Assembly (NCBI GenBank): GCA_044236365.1
Contig: JBIIGQ010000002.1
Span: 1-39,447, forward strand
DNA length: 39,447 nt
Source of the DNA: Candidatus Limnocylindrus sp.
GTDB taxonomy: Bacteria; Chloroflexota; Limnocylindria; Limnocylindrales; Limnocylindraceae
Direction of reading: 5' to 3'
Below the pieces are notes generated by a model. The model was not told where the DNA came from. It ran no database searches and was given only the letters and a program-made list of their open reading frames with translations. This document shows, one piece after another, positions 8,483 through 16,157 of this stretch. Within the stretch, counting starts at the first letter, position 1; each line of letters opens with the position of its first letter. The position numbers and the translations under genes were made by a program.

Positions 8483-9213
8483 GCCACGAAGCGCTGCGCA
8501 CCTTGGTCGCAGCGGGCGAGTTGAGCGCAACGCTGGCGGCGCATCTCACCCTCCTCGCCGATGCGGGCGTCCCGATCGTTGTAACGGGAGGTGCCGCAGC
8601 TGATCGTCGTGATGCGCTCGCCGAGGCAATCGCCGCCGCCTCGCCGCTACCAGCTGGCGCCGAGAGTGCCGAGATCAAGATCGCGCCCGAGGAGGCCTTC
8701 GTCTGGCTTACCGATCCCGCAGGTGTTGGCTGTCTCGTTGCAGGTGCCGGCGGCGCGCCGCGGAGCCCGCGCTCAACACGACTCATCGCCCACGGACTGA
8801 TTGAGCGCCTGAGCGCTGCGACGAGCAAAACGGTGGTGCGCTCCTTGGTTCGCGGCTTCCCGCTCATTGCAACAGCACCCGGCCACGACCTTGCAGCGCT
8901 GCTCGACCTGCTGCGGGGCGCCAACCTGCGCGTGCCAGAAGATGACCTGCATCGACTCGGCCTCGTGGTCGTTCTTGGCGGCGATGGGGGAGCGGCACAG
9001 AGCCACGTTGAATCGGCGCACCTGCTGCGTGCGCCAGCACTCGACGGCGGCGCACGACGTCCGCCCGCGCTCCTTGCAACCTGGGACGGTGCGGGTGGCT
9101 GGGATGACTTTGCGTGGGCGGCACTCCCAGAACTTGCCGCGCGGGCCGGTGAAACGCAGGCCGCCTACAGCAGCCAGTTAGCTGCGCGCGAGCGGGAGCT
9201 TGCCACCCCCTAG
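8479..9213 (+). CDS. Hypothetical protein, degenerate VirB11/CpaF (T2SSE)-like ATPase fold with destroyed Walker A (tentative)
   Basis: I prefer the ATG at 8479 (ATGA overlap) to the ORF-track start at 8431. LVAAGELSATLAAHLTLLADAGVPIVVTGGAAADRRDALAEAI parallels the secretion-ATPase stretch L..LV..G.LS......L......NILISGGTGSGKTTLLNAL. Here GKT is replaced by ADR. The later ATAPGHDLAALLDLL and LGLVVVLG resemble the His-box and C-terminal strands. Confidence 0.5.
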   Translation: MSHEALRTLVAAGELSATLAAHLTLLADAGVPIVVTGGAAADRRDALAEAIAAASPLPAGAESAEIKIAPEEAFVWLTDPAGVGCLVAGAGGAPRSPRSTRLIAHGLIERLSAATSKTVVRSLVRGFPLIATAPGHDLAALLDLLRGANLRVPEDDLHRLGLVVVLGGDGGAAQSHVESAHLLRAPALDGGARRPPALLATWDGAGGWDDFAWAALPELAARAGETQAAYSSQLAARERELATP

Positions 9214-9249
9214 AACGAAGCGCGTTCCAATTCGCGCTACGATTCCTGC

Positions 9250-10647
9250 ATGAGCCGAATTGCCACCTCGCCCGCAGATCTCCGACAACTTCTGAGCACG
9301 TCGCTGCGCGTCACGCCTGCGGGCGCCGTTGAGATCCTGGATGCGGCGCAACTGCAGAAGAGCGGTGCTGCGACCATCGCCTGGACAGCCGCCTTCTCAG
9401 CCGACGACGCGACCATCGCTGCGGCACAGTGGCTCGCCCGTGCAGCAGCTGCCGCCGCGGGGATCCAGAGCGCCAGCATTGCGCCGCTCTACGCCGCGCG
9501 CGCGGAGAACGCCTACGAAGGACTTACCGTTCCGGCACTCAACCTTCGCAGTCAGGTCTTTGACATGGCTCGTACCGCACTCGAGACCGCCGCGGCAATG
9601 GACGGCTCCGCGCTCATCTTTGAGCTGGCGCGCTCGGAGCAGACCTACACCTTCCAGCGCCCCACCGACTACGCCACGAGCATTCTCTGCGGCGCGATCG
9701 CCGCTGGTTGGCGCGGGCCACTCTTCATTCAGGGAGACCACTACCAGTTCGTCGCCAAGAAGTACGCCACCGATCCCGAAGGGGTCGCCGCCGAGATCGC
9801 ACGCGCCTGCCGACTCGCCGTTGATGCCGGGTATCGCAACATCGACATCGATGCCTCGACACTCGTTGACCTCGCTCTGCCAACGGTGCAAGAGCAGCAG
9901 CGCGTAAATGCGGTGCGCACCGCCGAGGCGGTCGCCCTGGTTCGTGAGTTGGAGCCGACGGGGATTGAGATCAGCATGGGTGGCGAGATCGGCGAGGTTG
10001 GCCATCAGAACTCCACCGCCGAAGAGCTTGCCGCCTATCTCGACGAATTTGATGTCGCGCTTGCGAGCCGCCGCGCCGGTGCGCGTGGCCTGCGCAAAGT
10101 CTCGGTGCAGACCGGCACAAGCCACGGTGGTGTGCCGCTTCCAGGTGGTGGCGTCGCCGAGGTGGCGCTCGACTTTACGGTGCTCCAAGAGCTCGGCGAG
10201 CTGGCACGCGCCCGCGGCCTCGCTGGCGCGGTGCAGCACGGCGCATCCACACTCCCAGAAGACCTCTTCCATCGCTTCCCCGAGGTTGGCACCGCCGAGA
10301 TCCACTTGGCGACAGGATTCCAGAACATCCTGCTCGACCACCCGGCCCTTGACGCATCGCTCCGCGCCGAGATCACCGCGTGGCTGCGCGTCAACGCCGC
10401 GGATGAGGCGAAGCCAGGCGACAGCGACGAGCAGTTCCTCTATCGCACCCGGAAGAAGGCGCTCGGGCCCTTCAAGCAGGCGCTCTGGGAGGCGGCGGGT
10501 ACGCCAGAGATCCTCGAGACTCAGCGCGCGAAGTTCCAGTCGCTCTTCACACAGCTCGGTGTTGGTGGATCACGCGCGCTCGTGGAGCGCTATGTGACGC
10601 AGGCAGCTGATCCGCTCCCGCCCGCTCCGGCCGACCTGCTGCGCTAG
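9250..10647 (+). CDS. Class II (metal-dependent) fructose/ketose-bisphosphate aldolase family protein, long form (465 aa)
   Basis: Core motifs are VPALNLR, FIQGDH, NIDIDAS, GGEIGEVG, VQTGTSHGG and VQHGASTLPE. About 70-80 aa precede the core and about 100 aa follow it. Confidence 0.8.
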   Translation: MSRIATSPADLRQLLSTSLRVTPAGAVEILDAAQLQKSGAATIAWTAAFSADDATIAAAQWLARAAAAAAGIQSASIAPLYAARAENAYEGLTVPALNLRSQVFDMARTALETAAAMDGSALIFELARSEQTYTFQRPTDYATSILCGAIAAGWRGPLFIQGDHYQFVAKKYATDPEGVAAEIARACRLAVDAGYRNIDIDASTLVDLALPTVQEQQRVNAVRTAEAVALVRELEPTGIEISMGGEIGEVGHQNSTAEELAAYLDEFDVALASRRAGARGLRKVSVQTGTSHGGVPLPGGGVAEVALDFTVLQELGELARARGLAGAVQHGASTLPEDLFHRFPEVGTAEIHLATGFQNILLDHPALDASLRAEITAWLRVNAADEAKPGDSDEQFLYRTRKKALGPFKQALWEAAGTPEILETQRAKFQSLFTQLGVGGSRALVERYVTQAADPLPPAPADLLR

Positions 10648-10663
10648 GCGGGGAGAGCCCCGC
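10648..10663. terminator. GC hairpin in the 22-nt convergent gap (candidate bidirectional terminator)
   Basis: GCGGGG-AGAG-CCCCGC sits immediately after the aldolase TAG (10645-10647) and 6 nt before the aminotransferase stop on the minus strand (10670-10672). There is no U-tract. Confidence 0.4.
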
Positions 10664-10669
10664 CGGAAG

Positions 10670-12010
10670 TTAGCTGCGGGTGACGCCAGCGGCGTCGAGT
10701 GACTCTTCCAGAATCTTCAGAGCAAGGTCAATCTCTGCTGCCGTGGTGACGAGTGGCGGAATGATGCGAATCACTTGCGCGTACGAGCCGGCGGAGAGGA
10801 GTAGCAACTTGCGCTTGTTCGCCTCAGCAATGACGCGCTTCACTGCAGCAGGGTCAGGGGCGCGACCGTCGCCTGCACCAGGCTGAACAAACTCAAGGGC
10901 AAGCATCAGTCCGAGTCCGCGAACATCGCCGATCCCAGGGCGACCGGCAGCGATCTTCTTCAAACCGTCGAGCATCTGCGTGCCGCGGGCTGCCGCGTTC
11001 GCAACGAGCCCCTCTTCCTCAATGACATCAAGGGTGGCGAGGGCGGCGGCGCAGGCGACGACGTTGCCACCGTAGGTACCGCCATGGGTGCCTGGCTCCC
11101 AGGTCTCGAGGAGTTCCTTGCGAGCGATGATCCCGGAGAGGGGGAGACCAGAAGCGATCCCTTTCGCCATCACCAAGATGTCGGGCTCAACGTTCTGGTG
11201 CTGCACGGCAAACATCTTCCCGGTGCGCCCGTACCCGGTCTGCACCTCGTCAGCGATCAGCAGAATGCCGAGCTCACGGGTGAGTTCACGAAGTCGTGGC
11301 AGGAAGCCGGCTGGGGGCACGACGTAGCCACCCTCGCCAAGGATCGGCTCAACGATGACGGCGGCAACATCCTCGGCGCTCGCGAGCGTATGGAGCGTGA
11401 GGTCCCACTCCTCTTCCCAACGGCAGCTGCATCCGGCGCAGGCGCCTGGGGCACCGGCGACGGCAGGGTTGCGTGCCTCAACGGGTGCGCGGAAGCAGGA
11501 GGGGAATGCGGTGCTGTAGACCGAGCCAGGGAGCGGTTCAAAGTGACCGCGGTAGACGTTCTTCGCCGTGGTCAGCGCCATCGTCTGCGCGGTACGTCCG
11601 TGGTACCCGCCGCGGAAGGTGAGGATCACGCGGCGCTTGGTGGCGCGTCGCGCCAGCTTCACCGCCGCCTCGACCGCCTCCGATCCAGAGTTCGAGAGGA
11701 AGACGCCCCACGGGCCACCGTCAAGCACCGTGCTCAGTCGCTCGTGCAGTCGCAGCCCCGGCTCATGGAAGACGATGTTCTGTTGGCCGTGGATCAACTT
11801 GGTTGCCTGCTCGGCGATCGCGGCGGCAATCTTTGGATGCGCATGCCCCGTGTTCACCACGCCGATCCCCGAGGTGTAGTCGAGCCAGCGCTCGCCACTG
11901 CGATCGATCAGCCAGGAGCCCTCGCCGCGCCCCACATCCACATTGGCGGCGCGACCCCACACTGGGGCGATCACGCTGTGCGGCGGAATTGAACCGTGAT
12001 CGTTGCTCAT
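10670..12010 (-). CDS. Class III pyridoxal-phosphate aminotransferase (4-aminobutyrate/putrescine aminotransferase-like)
   Basis: Motifs are SNSGSEAVEAAVKLAR, IVEPILGEGG, DEVQTGYGRTGKMFA and the Schiff-base Lys context MAKGIASGLPLS. The start is set at the ATG ending at 12010, which overlaps the stop of the upstream permease (ATGA, 12007-12010). The ORF-track start at 12124 lies inside the permease gene. Confidence 0.9.
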   Translation of the reverse strand: MSNDHGSIPPHSVIAPVWGRAANVDVGRGEGSWLIDRSGERWLDYTSGIGVVNTGHAHPKIAAAIAEQATKLIHGQQNIVFHEPGLRLHERLSTVLDGGPWGVFLSNSGSEAVEAAVKLARRATKRRVILTFRGGYHGRTAQTMALTTAKNVYRGHFEPLPGSVYSTAFPSCFRAPVEARNPAVAGAPGACAGCSCRWEEEWDLTLHTLASAEDVAAVIVEPILGEGGYVVPPAGFLPRLRELTRELGILLIADEVQTGYGRTGKMFAVQHQNVEPDILVMAKGIASGLPLSGIIARKELLETWEPGTHGGTYGGNVVACAAALATLDVIEEEGLVANAAARGTQMLDGLKKIAAGRPGIGDVRGLGLMLALEFVQPGAGDGRAPDPAAVKRVIAEANKRKLLLLSAGSYAQVIRIIPPLVTTAAEIDLALKILEESLDAAGVTRS

Positions 12011-12801
12011 GCGCGACGTCGCTGGAGGAACGAGCCGACTGCCACGGCACTCACCGCAACAACAAAGAAGATCGTGCCGATAGCGTTGACCTGCGGCGGC
12101 ACGCCAACGCGCGCCGAGCCCCACACGAACATTGGGAAGGTGGTGGTGCGCCCAGCGGTGAAGTTGGTGATCACAAAGTCGTCAATGGAGAGGCTGAAGG
12201 CCAGGAGGCCGGCCGCCGCGATGCCCGGAAGGATCAGCGGGAAGGTGACGCGCCAGAAGGTTTGCCATCCATCGGCGCCAAGGTCGGCCGACGCCTCTTC
12301 GAGGCGGCGATCAAAGCCCGAGAGTCGCGCACGCACGGTCACAATCACGTAGCTGATGTTGAAGGTGATGTGCGCAATCAAGATCGTGAACTCATTCAGG
12401 GGGAAGAAGGGGGGCTGGCCGATCGCGACGAAGAGGGTGAGGAGCGATGCGCCAAGGATGATCTCAGGGGTGGCGAGCGGCAAGAAGATGAAGAGGCTCG
12501 TTGCCGGTCGTCCGCGGAACTGATAGCGCACCAGCGCCAGGGCAGCAAGGGTGCCGAGCGCCGTTGCAATGAGCGTAGAGATGAAGGCAATACGAATGCT
12601 GACGATCACCGAATCGAGCAGCCCAGGAATAGCAAAAAGATTTGCCCAGCGATCAAGGGTGAAGCCGACCCAGGTGTAGTTCGTTTTTCCCACGGGATCG
12701 TTGAAGCTAAAGATGGCAACGATGAAGATTGGGAGCAGCAGGTAGACCAGCGCCAGCCCGGTATAGGCGCGCAAGGCATTGCGACCGAGCCAGCGCAGCA
12801 T
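12007..12801 (-). CDS. potC: Polyamine-type ABC transporter permease (PotC-like)
   Basis: Six hydrophobic segments and the EAA loop EEASADLGADGWQTFWRVTFPLILPG. The start overlaps the upstream permease stop by 1 nt. Confidence 0.85.
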   Translation of the reverse strand: MLRWLGRNALRAYTGLALVYLLLPIFIVAIFSFNDPVGKTNYTWVGFTLDRWANLFAIPGLLDSVIVSIRIAFISTLIATALGTLAALALVRYQFRGRPATSLFIFLPLATPEIILGASLLTLFVAIGQPPFFPLNEFTILIAHITFNISYVIVTVRARLSGFDRRLEEASADLGADGWQTFWRVTFPLILPGIAAAGLLAFSLSIDDFVITNFTAGRTTTFPMFVWGSARVGVPPQVNAIGTIFFVVAVSAVAVGSFLQRRRA

Positions 12802-13673
12802 CAGCCGATCCCCGACTCAAGCTCATCGGTGCCGAGCACGCGCGCGTAGATGAAGACCGCAGCCAAGATTCCGGCCATCAACATGAAGCTGAGCGCCGCC
12901 GCGGTCGGGTAGTCGTTGTTCACCAAGAAGCGACTCTGGATCACGTTGCCGATGAGACGCGTCTGCACACTGCCGAGCAGCTCTGCGTTTACGAAGTCAC
13001 CCATCGCGGGAATAAAGACGAGCAGCGAGCCGGCGAAGACGCCAGGGAGCGCGAGCGGCAGCGTAATGCGCTGAAAGGCGCGAACTGGGCCGGCATACAG
13101 ATCCTTCGCCGCCTCAACCAGTCGGCGGTCGATCTTCTCTAGGGAGACGTAGATCGGCAGAACCATGAAGGGGAAGAAGTTGTACGAGATGCCAAAGATC
13201 ACGGCAACCGGAGTGGCAAGAATGCGGAACTCTTCAGGAAGCACGCCGATCGACTTGAGCGGCCCCAGGAGGAAGCCATCGTCGCCGAGCACCGTCTTCC
13301 AGGCGAGGACGCGCAAGAGGAACGAGGTGAAGAATGGTGCGATGACGATGAACAGGAGGATGGTGCGCCATCGCCCCGCTCGATAGGCGATCGTGTATGC
13401 GAGCGGGAAGGCGAGGGCCAAACAGACCACCGTCGACACCGCCGCATACAAGATTGAACGCAGGAACTGATCGGAGTAGCGATCGAGCGCCGCGGGGTAG
13501 GTCGCCGCATTCGCCCACGAGAAGGCGAACCCCGTCTCAAGGGTGCCGCTCCAGAGGCTGGCTTGCAGCATCTGGATGGCTGGATAGACGTAAAACGCCA
13601 CCAGCCAAGCGATCGCGGGCGCGAGCAGCAACAGGGGCAGCAGCCCCGGTCGCCGACGCAGGAACGCGATCAC
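12801..13673 (-). CDS. potB: Polyamine-type ABC transporter permease (PotB-like)
   Basis: Hydrophobic membrane protein with the EAA loop VEAAKDLYAGPVRAFQRITLPLALPG. It lies between the binding-protein and PotC-like genes. Confidence 0.85.
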   Translation of the reverse strand: MIAFLRRRPGLLPLLLLAPAIAWLVAFYVYPAIQMLQASLWSGTLETGFAFSWANAATYPAALDRYSDQFLRSILYAAVSTVVCLALAFPLAYTIAYRAGRWRTILLFIVIAPFFTSFLLRVLAWKTVLGDDGFLLGPLKSIGVLPEEFRILATPVAVIFGISYNFFPFMVLPIYVSLEKIDRRLVEAAKDLYAGPVRAFQRITLPLALPGVFAGSLLVFIPAMGDFVNAELLGSVQTRLIGNVIQSRFLVNNDYPTAAALSFMLMAGILAAVFIYARVLGTDELESGIG

Positions 13674-13698
13674 CGTCGGCTCCGCTTGGTGCGGTGGC

Positions 13699-14874
13699 TT
13701 AGTTGCCCTGAAGGGCGCTGTAGGCGTCGTTCATGTAGATCTCGTCCTCCTCAGAGAGGCCGGCGAACACATTCAACTGCGCCTCGAGTGCTGCGTCAGG
13801 GAAGATGAACGGGTCGCTTGCGAGCGACTCGTCAATCTTGGCGATCTCTTCCTTGGTTCCCTTCACCGGCGATACGTACTGCACGTAGGCGGTGAGCTGG
13901 GCGGCGATGTCTGGCTTGTAGTACCAGTCCATCCACTTCTCAGCGGTGTACTTATGCGCCGCGCCGAGCGGGATCAACATGTTATCGGAAGAGAAGGTGC
14001 AGCCTTCAGTCGGCGTAACCCAAACAATGTTCGGATCCTCGTAGCCGATCTGCACCACGTCACCGCGCCACGCGACGCATGCTGCCACGTCGCCCTTCAC
14101 GATGAGCTCCTTATAGTCGTTGCCGGTAAAGGCGCGGACAGTGCCATCGCTCACGCTCGGCTCAATGAGTGCGATCGCGCGATCAAACGAGGCGCGGTCC
14201 GCCTTGGCCGGATCATCACCATTTGCGAGCATGGCGAGACCAATGGTGTCCCGCATCTCGGTGAGGAGTGAGACCTTCCCCTTCAGGCGTGGGTCGAAGA
14301 GGTCCTTGAACCCCTTAACGAAGCCTGCGGTGGTCTTGTTGGCCGCAATGCCGCCAACAATGCCCGCCCACGGGGCGAGGTACTCAACGTTTGGATCAAA
14401 GCTGCGCCCCTTGTACACGTCGAGCAGGTTCGCGGTGAAGTTGCTCATGTGTGCGGTCTTCAGCTTCTCGGCCCAGCCGAGGCGAATAATGCGCGCCGCC
14501 ATCCAGTCGGTCAGCGTGGCGATATCCCAGCCCGTATCTTCACCGGCCTTCAGTGGCGCTTGGATCGTGCCGAAGAAGGAGTCGTTGTCGTTGATCGCCT
14601 CAACGTAGTTGACCTTGGTGCTGTACTCCGTCTCAAAGGCGGTAACCGTTGGTCGCGCCAACTCGTCTTCGCTCAGGTCGATGTAGAGCGTCCAGTTTGC
14701 GACGTTGACAACATCAGAGATGGTGTCGGACTGCGACGGCTTTGGGCTCGGCGACGTCGAGCTGCCAGCGGTGCCGCAGGCGGCGAGGAATGCAGCGGTG
14801 CCAGCGGCGGCCGCTCCTACCTTGAGAACCGTTCGTCGGCTTACCATCATCTCGTTCTTCTTCTCGGTACTCAT
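13699..14874 (-). CDS. potD: Spermidine/putrescine-type ABC transporter substrate-binding lipoprotein (PotD/PotF-like)
   Basis: The N-terminus SRRTVLKVGAAAAGTAAFLAACG combines a twin-Arg-like signal with a lipobox Cys. The mature part has the PotD/PotF family look (WTLYID, PWAG, FIFPD). Confidence 0.85.
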   Translation of the reverse strand: MSTEKKNEMMVSRRTVLKVGAAAAGTAAFLAACGTAGSSTSPSPKPSQSDTISDVVNVANWTLYIDLSEDELARPTVTAFETEYSTKVNYVEAINDNDSFFGTIQAPLKAGEDTGWDIATLTDWMAARIIRLGWAEKLKTAHMSNFTANLLDVYKGRSFDPNVEYLAPWAGIVGGIAANKTTAGFVKGFKDLFDPRLKGKVSLLTEMRDTIGLAMLANGDDPAKADRASFDRAIALIEPSVSDGTVRAFTGNDYKELIVKGDVAACVAWRGDVVQIGYEDPNIVWVTPTEGCTFSSDNMLIPLGAAHKYTAEKWMDWYYKPDIAAQLTAYVQYVSPVKGTKEEIAKIDESLASDPFIFPDAALEAQLNVFAGLSEEDEIYMNDAYSALQGN

Positions 14875-14893
14875 CGTGCCCTCCTTCTGCGCC

Positions 14894-16015
14894 TTAGGCG
14901 CTCTTCGAATCGCCGACCACGAAGCCGTGATCGGGTTTCCATGTCAGAGCGACCCGCTCTCCGGGTCGCCACGTGTCGCTCCGCGTCGTGCGGTCGACGT
15001 TCTGTTCGCTCACGAGAAGGCGCAGGCCACCTGCGCCTTCCACGGTGTACTGCGTTAGCACACCGAGGTAACTCGTATCAACAACCGTGCCGTCGAGGCG
15101 ATTCCCCTTCGACTCTTGCCCTGGCTCCAACAGCGTGAGCTTCTCTGGGCGCACGCCGATGGCGCCCCCCGTGCCGATCTCGCCGAGACTCTTCGGCGCA
15201 CGCACAACATCGCCAGAGGGGAGGGTGACGGTCCACGAATCTCCATCGGAGCCGATCTTCCCCTCGAGCAGATTGCTCGCGCCGACGAAGCTCGCCACGA
15301 AGCGCGTCGTTGGGCGCTCGTAGAGGGTCTCTGGTCCGGCGAGCTGTTCGTAGCGGCCCTTATTCATGACGGCGATGCGATCGGACATCGTCATCGCCTC
15401 CTCTTGATCGTGGGTGACATAGATGAAGGTGATGCCGACTTCACGCTGGATGCGCTTCAGCTCGATGCCCATCTGCTTGCGCAGCTTCAGGTCGAGTGCG
15501 CCGAGCGGTTCATCAAGAAGAAGTACCGCGGGGCGATTCACCAAGGCGCGTGCAAGGGCAACGCGCTGCGCCTGTCCGCCGGAGAGTTGCGCCGGCTTGC
15601 GCTTTTCGTAGCCGATCAGCTGCACGAGTTCGAGCGCCTCGCCGACGCGACGCGTAACCTCGTCACCCTTGATGCCGGAGCGACGCAGGCCGAAGGCAAC
15701 ATTCTCGAAGATGGTGAGATGGGGGAAGAGCGCGTAGCTCTGGAAGACGGTGTTGACGTCGCGCTCGTGGGCGGGGAGGAAGGTGACGTCTTCGCCCTTC
15801 AACTCAATGAGGCCGCTCGTCGGCTGTTCGAAGCCGCCGATCATGCGCAGCGTTGTGGTCTTGCCACAACCGGATGGGCCGAGGAGGGTGAAGAACTCGC
15901 CGTCGGAGACATCAAGCGTGATGCCGTCTACTGCGGTCTGATCTCCGAACATCTTGGTCACGTTGACCAGGCGAACGTCGACGTCTGCCACCCTCGGTTT
16001 CACCTCCGCGGACAC
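14894..16015 (-). CDS. potA: Polyamine-type ABC transporter ATP-binding protein (PotA-like)
   Basis: Walker A GPSGCGKTT, signature LSGGQAQRVALARA, Walker B LLLDEPLGALD, and a C-terminal TOBE-like regulatory domain. GTG start with GGAGAAGGA upstream. Confidence 0.92.
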   Translation of the reverse strand: MSAEVKPRVADVDVRLVNVTKMFGDQTAVDGITLDVSDGEFFTLLGPSGCGKTTTLRMIGGFEQPTSGLIELKGEDVTFLPAHERDVNTVFQSYALFPHLTIFENVAFGLRRSGIKGDEVTRRVGEALELVQLIGYEKRKPAQLSGGQAQRVALARALVNRPAVLLLDEPLGALDLKLRKQMGIELKRIQREVGITFIYVTHDQEEAMTMSDRIAVMNKGRYEQLAGPETLYERPTTRFVASFVGASNLLEGKIGSDGDSWTVTLPSGDVVRAPKSLGEIGTGGAIGVRPEKLTLLEPGQESKGNRLDGTVVDTSYLGVLTQYTVEGAGGLRLLVSEQNVDRTTRSDTWRPGERVALTWKPDHGFVVGDSKSA

Positions 16016-16157
16016 CTGTCCTTCTCCTGCCCCTCAAGTGAGGACCTGCAGAGACTATGACCCACGGGGGGTGGGGTCAAACGCCGTTGCGGGTAGGATG
16101 GGGGGGATGCGCCCGTGGGGCGCCACCGCGAGCCCCGATCGGGGCGAAAGGGGATCC

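Noticed and set aside
12011-12124. N-terminally extended ORF-track starts. Examples are the aminotransferase at 12124, mrp at 15954, tig at 18440, mutase at 33097, epimerase at 34767, sdhC at 37451, the pseudo-ATPase at 8431 and dnaG at 27274.
   Set aside because: Each extension overlaps the upstream gene or a tRNA and encodes Arg/Cys/Ser-rich junk. Internal starts give ATGA coupling or a properly spaced GGAGG-type SD, and they match the expected family N-termini.
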